The notes: generated by a model from the letters alone, not told the origin. Shown: positions 1 to 16,048, counted from the stretch's first letter. The stretch: DNA of 64,000 nucleotides from the human T2T-CHM13v2.0 reference genome, Homo sapiens (GCF_009914755.1 NC_060934.1), one strand, 5' to 3'. Numbers and translations are program-made.

Positions 1-63
1 ATATTTGTGAAAGCAGAGACGTAAAAGGCCTCTATAAAAGGGCCAGAGCTGGGGAGATTAAAG
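1..63 (+). CDS. PAPSS2: PAPSS2 exon 4 (3' part, cut by window start), APS kinase domain
   Basis: From nt 3 reads ICESRDVKGLYKRARAGEIK-G, the conserved APS kinase RDxKGLY motif; donor G|gtaag at 64. Confidence 0.97.
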
Positions 64-603
64 GTAAGAGAATTGGCTAGTAGCGTCTACCAGTTACATA
101 GGCTGTCAGTCCTCAGTCCTTATTCTGTCCTCAGAAATCTTCCTTGAGTTTCAAACTGTTTTCCAAAATTGCATATAACATGCACAACTTTTTATCAGAT
201 CATGATATATTCAGTATGCCCAGAGGCTTATTAAAAGGTAGGGTTTTATTTTTAAGAATTGTCATCTCAGCCATATGCAATAACGTTCAGAGAACTAGAA
301 TGGATATTTATATGTGAGTGTGTGTGTGTAGAGGAGTGTTTCAGAGTTCTTCCTTATTCTTGTCTTCCTTTTTGATTGTAATCATCTATAGAGGGCTTCA
401 ACTTAGCCAGCGGGATTTTGTTGACAATTTGGGGCTTTCCATATTGAAAATACAGCTATATATTTTCTTACTTATGGCTAGAAGTCAAGGATGGCTGTTT
501 GACCTTTTCTGTTAAAGTGTGAATTTTCAGTTTAATACATTATTCCAACATGTGTTTTGCCTTATTGATTAAAAAGATTATTCTGTCAATACAGATGCGA
601 TGA

Positions 604-1003
<400 letters not shown>

Positions 1004-1582
1004 TAATTAGGCTTAATATCAGTCATTATAATTTATTTACAATTACTCTTAACAATAAGAAAAGTATAAATAAGGTGCACATAATGTCCATAAATAAAAC
1101 ACTCCTTTTTTTCCAAGTTATTTTTAACCTCTTCTCCAAAGAAATCTCTCACCAAGAATTGCCACAAGGCAGCTGATCAATGCCATGTATGGAGGTGACT
1201 GGGAAAATAACTTCTGTATTTGCATTGGACAATTTTACATAGCTGTCATTGTACCAGTAAGTACATCTGGTAGAAAAATATAGCCAGACCAGGATTTTTG
1301 TGGATAAAAGAAAGAAAGAATAAACAGTGAATTTTCAACTCAGTTGCACATTTTGGGAATAGATACAACCTAAAAATGTTCAAATAAGTCATCTCAATAC
1401 AAAATCTTTTCACCACTATTTCATAGGAAACTTCCAAACTTAAATATTTCTGGCCCTTAGATCATGGGTTAGCATAACAGGTGGGGACACTTAAAACATA
1501 GAAGGTTCTGCCCTCATCCTCCTGTTAACTGAATAAGAAAGGACTTCCCTGGGGCCAGATGCCTGGAAAACAGAACTTATGA

Positions 1583-1759
<177 letters not shown>

Positions 1760-2769
1760 TAAGGAAAAAAAAAATCTTTCCCAGAAGTTTTGCAGGAACA
1801 GGAAGTTAGTCTTTGGTTTGCAAATCTTATTGCAAAACTATTTGGATCATTTACAGTGTGCTCCATTCTATTATGTTTAAGCTTCCATTTTTAGGATTTT
1901 TTGGTTGTTCTCAAAGGTTGTTCCTTTAAAACTAAGGAACTGAAAAATGGTGTAAAGCCAAGAGAAAGACAGGTCTGTTTCATCTCCACTTGCTCTTTGC
2001 TGGTGCTGATATTCAGAAGGTAGCACGCAGAAGTACCATTGCCACCTGCTAGGGACATTCCTAGGGCAGCCAAGATGAGGTCAGCACATGTTGCTGACCT
2101 CCATGGCACCCTCCACCCTCCAGGTTGCTCATGTCAAGCATTATTGCAACAACTGCTTTCTTTGGTGCATGCTAAAGTGTCAATGTTCATGCCCACACAT
2201 GAAATATATTAAAATGGTTTCATCCACTACACTCTAACAAAAGAGCATTAAGGCAGCTTTCTGGCCACGAGCTGAATGGCTTTTAGAAAACCAATCTGGT
2301 CAAGCTCAGAAGCATGTGTTATTGTGAAGACTTCCGGACCCTTCTGTGATCATTTCCTTCCTAGAACTGCCTGAACTTATCAAATAAACTTATCTATTTC
2401 AAGACCTTCGGGGAATGGCTGCTAAGTGGGGAAGGAGTAGGGGTAGAGTCACGCTGAATTTGTAATGCTGAGCAGGGCTCCAAGCCTTTTAGGAAGAAAA
2501 ATCAAATAAGATGCTCTTTTTTGGGAGAGGTGTTCATGTCCTGTGTTTGTGCCTTTGCCTGGGGAATGGGGCATGAACTCAGAATCAGAACTCAAAGACT
2601 GATCAGCATGGGCCCTCTTCCCTTATTCTTTTGCTGTGACAGATAACACCCCACAACCTGAATCCTTCACTTCTCAGATTAAATAATATTCCCCAAAGAC
2701 ACTTAGTTTACTTCTAGCTTGCTTTAACAACAAAAATAATAACGCATATCCCTATACCACGTCTCTGTT

Positions 2770-2965
2770 TTCAAAGCATTTTCTCAGGCATTATTTCATT
2801 TGATCCTCACAAAAGCCCTAGAAAACAGGCAGCAATTATTATCCCACTTTACAGATGAGGAAACTGCCTCAGATTAAGTGATTTGCTCATAACATTCATA
2901 AGTGAAAGCCCAAGACCAGAGTCCAGAATCTTAGGAATCCTGGCCCAGTGCTCCTTACATACCAG
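2770..2965 (-). mobile_element. MIR SINE
   Basis: Core atcccactttacagatgaggaaactg, the reverse complement of the MIR core. Confidence 0.75.
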
Positions 2966-3430
2966 TCTGCTCTCCTGATGTCTTTTCCAATAGAATCTAC
3001 AAGACCTGATGGTCTACAAGGAAGGCTGACTTGTATCTTGGTGTCTTGATTTTGACACATGCTGAACACCGACTGCCTGAAGTAAAGGTCATTGGACTTA
3101 GCAGCTAGCCATGAGCAAGAGGTTGATTTTGAGCATATGAACAGAGCTGTGGCCAAAAGACAAGTGAACTACATTGAAAGAGGGGGCCTCATTACAGACA
3201 ACAAGGTGCTGTTGACCTTGGACAAGTGTTCTTCTCATAAAGAAAAATACTAGGGTGGTGGAAGTGGTTGCAGAGGTCAGTGTTAATGGAAATCAGAGGT
3301 CCTTAGCCTGAGATCTAGGACTTCAGGGTGGGCTAACAAAAAACCTTAGAGGCAAAAATGTTTGTGTTTTGATAAGGGAAGGAAGGAGCATTTTCCTGGG
3401 TTGAGAATTTATAGCTTTTGATAGATTCTG

Positions 3431-3742
3431 TTTTTTCCTTTAATTATTTTTTATTTTTTAGAAATAGGGTCTTGCTCCATCACCCAGGCTAGAGTGCAGT
3501 GGCATGATCATAGCTCACTGAAGCCTTGAACTCCTGAATTCAAGCAATCCTTCCACCTCTGCCTCCTGGGTAGCTGGGACTACAGGCATGTACCACCATG
3601 CCTGGCAGATTTCTAAATTTGTTTTGTAGAGATAAGGTCTCACTATGTTGCCCAGGGATAAGGTCTCACAGTGTTGCCCAGGCTGATCTTGAATTCCTTT
3701 CCTCCAGTCATCCTCCTGCCTTGGCCTTGCAAAGTGCTATTA
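3431..3742 (-). mobile_element. Alu (J-like) with internal 26-bp duplication
   Basis: T-rich tail then diverged antisense Alu body. Confidence 0.9.
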
Positions 3743-3899
3743 TAGACAACAAATTCTTAAAAGAGTCTGTGATCCAAAAAGATGAAGAACAGCTAATGCA
3801 GATAATCCATCTGGATGATTTAGGCAAAATCTCTAGCCTTTCTTTTACACTGTCTCAATTTCATTTTATGGGGGTTTTTCAACTTGCAAAACCTGTTGA

Positions 3900-4210
<311 letters not shown>

Positions 4211-5089
4211 AACCCATTGATTTTCTATTTCTTATTTGATGCTCACTACCGTGAGGTGGATGAAGCACTTATTATTGCTCCCACTTTCCATGTAATCCAG
4301 ATGTCTGTCCCCGCAAACCCACCAGCCTGGGGATATGAATGAGGTTACCTTCCCATTAATACTTGAAGCCTACTAGTTCCAAGCCCCTACCTGCTCATGC
4401 AGAAAGCCCAGTTCTTTCAAAAGCCTACCCAAGTGTTTTTGGGAGTCCCCAAGGGGTGCGTTTCCTGTGTTCCTGAGTCAGGGCCCCAGCCATGTGCCAC
4501 TTGCTGTGTGGATCTGTGGGTCTGTCTGTACTCAGAAGTGCAGATCATGCTGGGTCACTCCAGCCACCAAAGTTTTGGTGCCAGTAGGGCTTTTGCAGTT
4601 TATGGACTCTTCTTCAAGTGGGAAAAATTGTTTCCTTCTTCTGTATTAACCTCAATTGAAGACTGTCTAGGAGGTTGCTTTAGTTCCACAGTGTTAGAGA
4701 ATTGAGTGAGGCAACTCTTGTAAGGTGTATAGATCCCTTTATCCTCATGTGACTCCAGTGTGGCTCTGTCAGGAGGGTTCAAGATCAGATGTTTTGCTAT
4801 TTCCATATCCTTTCCCCTTCCAAGCTGCAGGGCCTGTGTCTGAAACTTTCTGTAAGATTCTTCTTTTCCCTGTGGGAATTATCTGCTGGTTCCACCATCT
4901 ACCTCTGCAAACAGAGTCCACTGGACATACTTATACAACCCCAGTTATGATCAGGATTCTGAGCTCTGCACAGCCCACAGAAGCATCCTAAATGCCTGTG
5001 TAAATTGATAATAAAAATAGATAATCAGGGATATGATGTGCTGCCCACCCCTACCACTCGCCGTATGTTAAGTTACTTTGGGTCTAAGT

Positions 5090-5325
5090 AGAGGCAGAAT
5101 ATCACAGTGGATGAGAGTGTGAGCTGCGAAGTCACATTGTCTAGGTTTGTATGTCAGTGATTAGCTATGAACCTGGGCCAAATTACTTAAACTCTCTGGG
5201 CCTTGTTCCTTCATCTGTATAATGGGGATGTTAATAACTGTACCTACCTACCTCATTGGATGTTGAAAGTTTAAAAGAATGCCTGATTCAATAGTCAGTA
5301 TTTCATACATATTAGCTATTATGAA
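5090..5325 (+). mobile_element. MIR SINE
   Basis: ttacttaaactctctgggccttgttccttcatctgtataatgggg core. Confidence 0.7.
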
Positions 5326-5356
5326 CAAACCACTCTGCATACAGTTAAAAGAATTT

Positions 5357-5492
5357 GTCAGGCATGGTGGCTTATGACCGTAGTCCCAGCTACTCAGAGC
5401 CTAAGGCGGGAGGATCACTTGAGCCCAGGAGCTAGAGTCCCACCTGGGCAACATAGGGAAACTTTGTCTCTAAAAATAAATACATAAATAAA
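5357..5492 (+). mobile_element. Alu monomer (FLAM-like)
   Basis: Single arm with A tail; TSD taaaagaa(t/c)ttg. Confidence 0.8.
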
Positions 5493-5739
5493 AGAACTTG
5501 GAGTCTTGAAGAGACTAAGTGACTTTATCCCTAGTCACATCAATTTGGAAGTAGCACAGATACGATGTTCGTCAGCTAGCCAACAGATATACACTGAGTG
5601 CCCCCCATGTGCCAGGGTTTTTCTAGCGTCTGGAGATAGAATGGTAATGAAGGCAGGTGAGCTTGCTGAGAAACACAGTACAGTCATTTTCTGAGACCTA
5701 GTCCAGTAAGTCCTTCCCGCCCCCCATCAGTGGTTGTGA

Positions 5740-6066
<327 letters not shown>

Positions 6067-7634
6067 AAACTTTCTTTTTTAAACCAGATAATTCTTTATT
6101 TCATTTCAAAAATCAGAGGCAATCTACACAACAAAATGGAACTGCCTCACTCCCCCAGTAGAAGGGAGTAGGGGCTTGGGCTCCCTTTCACCTGGAGAGC
6201 AGCCTGGAGGGTATCAGGAGGAAGCCATTTGAAACGCAGCAACAGAGGCTCCTGACAGTGCCTCACCTGATGGCGTTTGGACTGAGGAGACAGAGTTAAA
6301 TTGTAAAAAGTGATTTATTTCTATGTCAGAATGTTGGGCAAGATATCATTTATATAGATATCATTTAATTGTAACCAATTCATGAAGGTTTGAGTCACTG
6401 CCATTGAAAATTTGAAATGATCTCCACAGCCACAGACATGTGCCCACTTTTGTCTTCCTTCAAACCATTGCAAATTTCTTGATTACCTACAATCTGAAAG
6501 CAACATTGTTTTTATTCTGACCATGTCTCCTAAAAATATTTTGTTGGTTTTAATTTTCTCAAAGGTTTATATTTTCCCCTAAATTTAAAAATAAAATAGT
6601 TCTGTCTACTCAGTCCAAAAGCCAAAAAAAACCCCAAAACAAAAACCAAATCACTTGTTAGAGTATATGATAATTGTGTAGTATGAGTCACTCCATATTA
6701 TTACTCAAGAATCTACTTTTATATCAGTGTATCATATCACTTTATTTCTCACTAGAAGTATAGTTCCAGGGTTGTCACAGACCCTTTGATCATAAATGTC
6801 ACATTTAAATTTAAAAATGCAACCTCAAGCTTGTGTTGACTGATGGCATCCAAGTAGGATCAAGACAGGGGAGCCTTGTGAGACTCCATCATTTAATGGC
6901 TATTCTTCCGCAGCTCTGACTTTCCAAGGGAGGGTGTGAGAGTACTCTGCATATATCACCAGCACTTATTGAGCACCAATTGTGTTCTGACACTGGAGTT
7001 TGACATAGATTATTACATTTAATCAGGATAATACCACTGTGAAGATATTTTGTCCACTTGAGAAAATATGTATTAGAAAGGTTAAATAACTTATTTGAAG
7101 CCTAGACTTAAATCCAGGTTGTCCTGGATCTAATGTTGGTGCTTGTTCTGCTGAGCATATTTTCATGTCCTCTAACCATGTGAGATTCTAGGATGTTCTA
7201 GGGCAGTTTGCTTCTATACTTGCTCCCAAAGCCTAGTTTGGAAACTATTCTACAGTGGTTGTGAGATCACATGTTTGCAAGAGAAAACTTCTTGGTGAAG
7301 CTGGAGGGGACATTAACATATGTTATAATTATTTTAAAACAGATATCTCTTCCCAGTGGATGGAAAAATAAATAAATAAAAAATTAGAAAACCAGATAAA
7401 CATCTGAACAATGCTTTTGGATTGTATTGAACAACATTCCATACAAGTTCTGATTTCACCAGCTTTTTGCTATTATATACTCTCTATTTTTAAAAATAGC
7501 ATGACAAAGCTAGTATATTTGTATGTTGTATATGTGAAGTGTCATAATAGGAATTTGTTCTTTGACATTGTTGCTGTAAGATTCGTTTGGTGGAGAGCTG
7601 AAAATGTTTCTTAATTGTGTTTATATTTCCCTAG

Positions 7635-7649
7635 GCATGGCCCTTCCTG
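7635..7649 (+). CDS. PAPSS2: PAPSS2 alternative 15-nt micro-exon (inserts GMALP; PAPSS2b isoform)
   Basis: tttccctag|GCATGGCCCTTCCTG|gtatgt; phase 1-1 matches both neighbours, giving LLD-GMALP-DGVIN; the GMALP insert is the known difference between PAPSS2a and PAPSS2b. Confidence 0.93.
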
Positions 7650-10346
7650 GTATGTACTTTAACTTTCCAAGTAGCTAAATTATTATAATTATATATGTTA
7701 AATTAACTGGAAATGGTTAAGAACATAACTAAAAGAAAATCTACATTAACCAGTTGGAATCGCTATTAGTTCATGATCCAACCAGCTATAGTAGAATAAC
7801 ACTGTATTTTTCTTTAGACTGGAGTCCAAACAACAGGAAATTTCCCAACCAGATGTAGCTATTGTGTATGATGTAGCATTTGGCTGACAAAAGTAAACTT
7901 ATTTCTAAATTATCATTGTACATTTTGTTCCTGAGTCTTTTACATTTATGATCCTCTTCCAATGACTGTTGGTCCTCATTTAGTTTCACAAATCTGGAAA
8001 TTTTTTTTCCTACAGTGTTTATAAAAGATTTTAAGTTGATGAAGAATAAATCGATTTAAACTGAATGTACCTGGTTGGATTGTGTATGATTGTACTTCAT
8101 TTGTTTGCAATGTATGATTATGCATGAACTTAATTTCAAGCCATTATGGTTGCTTGTTATGGAACTGGGAGTAAATATACATTTGCTGTGACTGTAAACT
8201 TCTGCATTGTACAAGAATGAAAAGGTAGAATTCTGAATATGTCATCTATCTTTGGTGTTGCTTTCATCATTGTTGTTTTTCCTTTAAAAAGCCCAGTTAA
8301 GCAATAAAAAGTAATTTAGGTTTTGCACAGAAACAGTCCCAAACAACCATGAAGCAGATCTATAAGGCTAACACAGAAGGCTTGAAAATTATTGAAAGCA
8401 AAAGAAAAATCATTCCATTGAACAATAAGCTATCTCTTGGACTTACTGTGGTTAAAGAACCACAATATTCTTTTTCAAAATAAGATATACCACAATAAAA
8501 TAATCAAGGCAGTGCCCACCAGAGCCAAATGAAGCACATGAAGGAAAAGGCTGAAAACTCAAGTCAGGGTTGAAAGTCATGGGTGATGTTTCAGCACAGT
8601 TCAAGTATTACATCTTAGTAATAGTTGGATACGTTTATATATTAGAAAGGTTGATAAAGATGATAGGGAAACTACAGTAAATCTGTGTATACACATGTAG
8701 TGTTGTAGCTACAGGCTTATAAGATCAGTTGGCATTATTACTTGGCAGAACTCCTTTCTATAACATCCCACAGATTCACTTCCTTATTGAGACAACCTGC
8801 CAGAGTGTTATTTAGTCATTTCAGATTTTCACTCAAGGCCAAGATGAAGGTAGATTAGAGGCTAAATTGGTCAGGAATCTAGTGGACAAGAGGAGGTGGC
8901 TGCAACAGTGAAACATCCCTTGGATTTCAAGTCAGAATACTTGATGGAAGGCAATGTTACAGACGTGTTGCAGGCAGCGCTAGGTTCTTTCAGCATCCTG
9001 CTCCACATTTTGCTTTGCATTTTGCTTTATTTCGGCCAAGTCATTCTTTATAAGCAGAGGCAAATATCATGGTCTTCCTTTCAGCAATGTGGTCAGTAAG
9101 CAATCCACAGAAAGCATGATTTCTAGTGACAACGACAGCATTTCTGAAGGGGTTATTCTTTGTTAGCCTCTCTCCCTTTTCCTCAACTAGAGTATGCAGT
9201 GGATTTAATCATCTTCCATCAGCAACCTCCATTAACATAGTGCTTTACAGTTTGCCCCCTGCAGCAACCCATGGAGATACATGTCATTTATTAGCCCATT
9301 TTTCCAGTGAGGAAACTTGAGTTTAGAAAAGTTGAATGACACACATAGTAAAAGGGAGAACTGCTGCCTTTGAATTTAGTGTTCTCTGCAAAGGACTTAG
9401 CTGCTCTAATTGCCCGAGAACGTTGAAACAAAGAGTTATTTGAATGACACACCATTACTTTCTGTATGTACACAGTATCTAGTTTGTGGTTTATAAAGGG
9501 TCTCAAAGTATATTGCAGGATTTTATGATAGACCGGATTTGTTTATTGCCGGCAGTTGCTATTTCCGGTGACATTCTTTAGGTTCTAGTAACCTTTGGAG
9601 AGTGTTTAAAAGGTGCAAAGTGATATGCCTGGAAAGTTTAGTTTCATAACTACTAGGGGGAGTCTTATGCCCCGAAGGAATAGAACTCTAATCTTTAACT
9701 CTGTCAGAGGCCTTCTAAATGTTGCATTGAAAAGTTAGGTTTAAATGGCTTCATTAATCATGGCACATTCCCTCAGGTCCATAAATAACTGCATTTGCTT
9801 CCTCTGGAGTTAAATGTTTTCTTTATTCACCTTCCTTTCATTCTCTTCTGAATCTTGAACTTGAGAACTCTCACAAAATTGTCCCTAATATTATTTTGTG
9901 TTATACGCTTAACCATGAGCCCTCATTTTCTCATCTGTGAGTATAATTGAGAGAATAGCCTATTTGTGAGGGCATCATTGTAGGAGGAACACCGTTTTGT
10001 ACATTTTTTTACATTATCTAGAATCATAGAGAAATGAGATGTTTTTAGAAAGCCAAATTTTATCCCTTTAAGCCCCAGACTGAAAACCAACTACACATTA
10101 ACTATCTTATTTAGAAACATTTCAAAATAGTCTTACTAAAAAAAAAAAAGTATTCACTCAAAAAAAAAGAGAATATGTTCAATATAAAGGAACTTTTAAA
10201 AATGACTCTGTCATTATTAGTTTTACCAGTTATTAAACTGGGCACTAATGTAATGGTGCCCTGAAGATGGGGAGACCTGTGGGATTGTTGGCTCCCACAC
10301 TAAAGAACCCCCATAACTCTGTATTTCAGTTTCAGTGTTAGAACCT

Positions 10347-10728
10347 TGTATAGTCAGGGTTCTCCAGAGAAACAGAACAAACAGGATGCATATCTGTGTG
10401 TCTATCTATATACAGATATGCATCTCTCTATATAGACATAGATATAAAATATATGTAACATATTTAAATAAATTTATATATATGCATGTACATATATTAA
10501 TTTATACATATATTAATTATATATATACATTATTTTAATAAATTATTTATTTATTATTATGGAGCCTTATCTCTCTATGTATTATACATTGATATCTATA
10601 TATAACATATAGATATTATATCTGAATTATATAATATTTCTGATATATATCTGAATAGATAACAATATATCTGTATGTTACATATGGATATCTATGTATT
10701 ATATATAGGTATACAATAAATCTCTGTC

Positions 10729-10783
<55 letters not shown>

Positions 10784-11140
10784 ACATAGAAAGAGAGAGA
10801 TTTATTTTAAGGAATTGGTTCGTGTGATTGTGGAATCTGGCAAGTCCGAAAACTGGGAGGCTGGGGACCCCGAGAAGACCTGCGGTTCAAGTCCACAGGC
10901 GGTCTGCTGGCATAATTCTCTCCTTTTCTGGGGAGAAGAGTCTTTTGTCTAATTAGGCCTTTGACTGATTGGATGAGGCCCACTCACATTCTGGAGGGTA
11001 CTCTACTTTACTCAAAGTCTACTGATTTAAATGTTAATTCCATCTAAAAAGTACCTCTACAGAAACATCTAGAATAATGTTTGACTAAATATCTGAGTAC
11101 TGTGGCCTAGTTAAGTTGACATATAACATCAACCATCACA
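10347..11140 (-). mobile_element. MLT2-family (ERVL) solo LTR with internal AT-rich and CA expansion
   Basis: Ends tgtatagtcagggttctccagagaaacagaac and aagttgacatataacatcaaccatcaca match MLT2 in reverse orientation. Confidence 0.85.
10732..10778. repeat. (AC)n microsatellite, about 23 units
   Basis: Read directly. Confidence 0.97.
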
Positions 11141-11604
11141 GTTTCTATGTGTATTTTTTCAGTAGTTTTCCTGTCTCTTCCTTTGTGGTCCAGCTGTCAT
11201 TGGACATTTCTTGCTGCTGCAGATGTAGCTTCTCTGAATGCCACATTCGATGCCTTCTAATTTGCTGTGCTGTATACTGAGAAATCAGAACACCCTGTTT
11301 ATTTAAATTCCTCTTAAAGCAAGAGACTCAGCATAATGGTGAGAGGAGCTCACACTCCAGAGAAAGTACATGTGCGTTGATGACTTGATGTCATTTTTCA
11401 CTCCTCTGTGTTTTTGGACAGATGATTCTCAACTGTGGTTGCGCTAGCAAGACCTGTGATTCCCAGATAAGTGAGATTACCAGTATCCTAAAAAATATTT
11501 AGGAAAGAGGGAGCAGGAGGGGGAAGAAAAGGTGATTTTATGCCGAAACCACCATGAATAACATCAAGAGGACTGCTCGTTTGGGATCCCATAGATTAGT
11601 GGGT

Positions 11605-11787
11605 TTTGTTTTGTTTTTTGAGACAGGATCTTGCTCTATCACCCAGGCTGGAGTACAGTGGAGTGATCAGGGCTCATTGCAGCCTCAAACTCCTGGGCTC
11701 AGGTGACCCTCTTGCCTCAGCCTCCTGAGTTGCTGGGACTACAAGTGCATGCCAACATGTCCAGCTAATTTAAAAAAAATATGTGTG

Positions 11788-11832
<45 letters not shown>

Positions 11833-11957
11833 TTTTTGGTAGAGATGAGGTCTTGCCATGTTACCCAGGCTGGTCACAAACTCTTGGCCTGAAGCAATCC
11901 TCCCATCTTGGCCTCCCAAAATGCTGGGATTATAGGTGTAAGCCACTGCACCTGGCT
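11605..11957 (-). mobile_element. Alu (J-like) with (AC)n at 11790-11828 in the linker
   Basis: Antisense dimer with a microsatellite in the middle A-rich region. Confidence 0.9.
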
Positions 11958-11984
11958 GAAAATACATTTTTTACAAGTGCATGA

Positions 11985-12560
<576 letters not shown>

Positions 12561-13133
12561 AAAGGTGAATGAGGTATTACCCAGATTGTAGCTGATTAGT
12601 ATTAAAAAAGACAAACACACAGCTGTCATAAGTAACTTATTATACAAAAAATGCATATTCTCAATCCCATAGATTCATATCAATTATCTGATTTTTTTCT
12701 TTGTTTTCAATTCAGTGTATTGGTATGCAGATAGAGCCTAAACAGGTAATGAAATAAGAGACTTGCTTAACGTTCTTACAAGTTTCATTTCCAAGAAAGA
12801 CTAGAGAGTTTTGTTTTGGTTTGTTTTGCTAGCTTAATTTTATTTAATTGGGTTTTGGAAAATTTTAAACTCCCTACTGCATTGAGGTCAGGACTTAGAT
12901 ATGAAAAGGGAACCCACAAAGAGGCGTTTCCAAAGTTAGATCACTTATGGAGGCCACCTCCATGATTTAAAACTCAACCCACTTTTCACATATGCTCCAC
13001 TTGCTTTGGGAAGCCCTTCAAGGACTTGTCATTATAGAATCTAGAGAAACTGGTGCAGCTAACACAACTACTTGGATTTGGGTCTTAATGCTTCTTGAAG
13101 GAAATGTTTGGAAGGGGCATTGTGCACATTTGA

Positions 13134-13448
<315 letters not shown>

Positions 13449-14371
13449 TGAGAAGAAAAATAACTCTTTTTAATTCCTTTGCAAAGGACTTAGAAAAACT
13501 GGGATTAGGTGGAAGAATGTATTTCTAAGGTAGTGTTTGCAGGCTTTGCCTCAGGAGATGTTTTTAGAAAGGTGCAAAGAAATGTCTTTCTGTTTGAGGT
13601 CTGGTCTCAATGATCTCTTGAGTCCTCAGATTCTGCAGTGGCTGGCATCCTCAGCTAAATGGGACCAGATAAGAAATTTAGTCTGACAACATGAGTAGAG
13701 AAACAAAATCATAGCTGTAGCTATGCACAAAACCATAATCAGAGCTTGCAGCCCTGTCCATCTTGAAAATGCGCAAGGAACATAAGTATCTTCATAAAGA
13801 ATGGACCCAACCAAATGCTGGAACAAGAACTCAGAGTTCATGCTCTGTGGCTAGTGAGGGGGTCAATGATACTCTCTTAGTAAATGATACTCTCTTAGTA
13901 AACAAAAATCAGCACAGATAGTGGCAGAGTTTCCAGAGGAAAGATATTTTTTCAGTGGATATTTTTAAGATTGAAAAAAATGTGTTCATCTGATAGGATC
14001 AGGTAGGGTCTATCATGCCTAAAGGGAAAATAGACTAACTCCTCAGATTCCTTCACAGCTTCTAATTACTGTCGGTGATGGGGTGGGGTGGGATTTTATT
14101 AAGTTGCTGGCTGTGGTTCATTTCCCACAAAGAAAAATACATGAAATTGAATGGTAAAACCATCCCTCATCCAAGATAAGAGCAGTAGGGTGGAAATGAA
14201 AAAAGTCATATACTACTAATTTGACTTCTCAAATCTCCCAGCATGTCCCTTTCAGCATGTTCACAGGAAGAGAGAGCACTGTCAGACCTAGGAGACTCTA
14301 AAAAGCCTGGGATTAGACAAGGCATGCCCTCCCTCTGGGCCTCAGTTTCTTTATTATAAAAGGAGAGGCCA

Positions 14372-14665
14372 GGCTGGGCGCGGTGGCTCACGCCTGTAAT
14401 CCCAGTACTTTGGGAGGCCGAGGCCAGCAGATCACCTGAGGTCGGGAGTTCGAGAACAGCCTGGCCAACATGGTGAAACCCCGTCTCTACTAAAAATACA
14501 GATATTAGCTGGACATGGTGGCGGGCACCTGTAATCCCAGCTACTCAGGAGGCTAAAGCACGAGAGTTGCTTGAACCCAGGAGGCAGCGGTTGCAGTGAG
14601 CCAAGCTGCCAGTGTACTCTAGACTGGGTGACAGAGCGAGACTCTGTCTGAAAGAAAAAAAAAAA
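14372..14665 (+). mobile_element. Alu (Sx-like)
   Basis: Full dimer; TSD gagaggcca. Confidence 0.93.
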
Positions 14666-15588
14666 GAGAGGCCAGACTCAAAATAACTGTAAGATCTCAT
14701 CCAGCCTCATGACCCTGTCAAAAGATATGGCTTCTTTTGGTCTTCATTTTTGTTACAAAATGTTCCAAGATAGGAAAGACCTTTTAAGTCCCCTGTTTGT
14801 GGCCTCTGAAGACCTTCTCTATCTGAACACAAAAGATCAATGGCAAGCAAAGCAGCTTTTTCATTTATTTATTTTTATTTTTTAAAAATTTTTATTTATG
14901 ATTTTTTGAGATGGAGTCTTGCTCTGTCATAATCATATAGGTTTGGGATTTTATCTTTACTCAGTGACTGAAAGAATAGCAGCCTTTGGTTATGGTTATG
15001 TCAGCTCAGATATTTCTACCCTTTGGGAATGATATTCGCATACACACGACTAGCACTAAAAAAACCTGAAGAGTTTCTTAAGTGATTACAGGCATACCTC
15101 ATTTTACTATGCTTCACTTTATCGTGCTTCACAGATTTTGCTTTTCTTTTTTTTTTTTTTTTAACAAATTGAAGGTTTGTGTCAACCCTGCACTGAGAAA
15201 GTCTGTGAGTGCCATTTTCCCAGCAGCGTGTGCTCATTTTGTGTCTCTGTGTCACATTTTGGTGATTCTTATGATATTTTAGATTTCTTCATTATTATTA
15301 TGACCTGTTATGGTGATCTACGGTTAGTGATCTTTGATGTTACTATTGTAATTGTTTTGGGACACCACGAATTGCACCCATATGATGGCAGACTTAATTG
15401 ATAAATGTTGTGTGTGTTCTGCCTTCTCCACTCACTGGCCATTCCCGCATCTCTCTCCCTCTCCTTGGGCCTCCCTATTTCCTGAGATCCAACAATATTT
15501 GAATTAGGCCAATTAATAACCCTGCAATGGCCTCTAAGTGTTCAGGTGAAAGGAAGACTCACACATCTCTCACTTTAAATCAAAATGA

Positions 15589-15935
<347 letters not shown>

Positions 15936-16048
15936 TTAGGCCTCCTGGGCCAGTTAGCCAAGTTGTAAATGCAAAGGAAAAGTTCTTGAAGGAAATTACA
16001 CACAGTGAGCTAACAAATGATAAGAAAACAAAGCAGCCTTATTGCCAA

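Noticed and set aside
8340-8600. A-rich stretch faintly like an old Tigger-type transposase start
   Set aside because: No TIRs or continuous frame I can support
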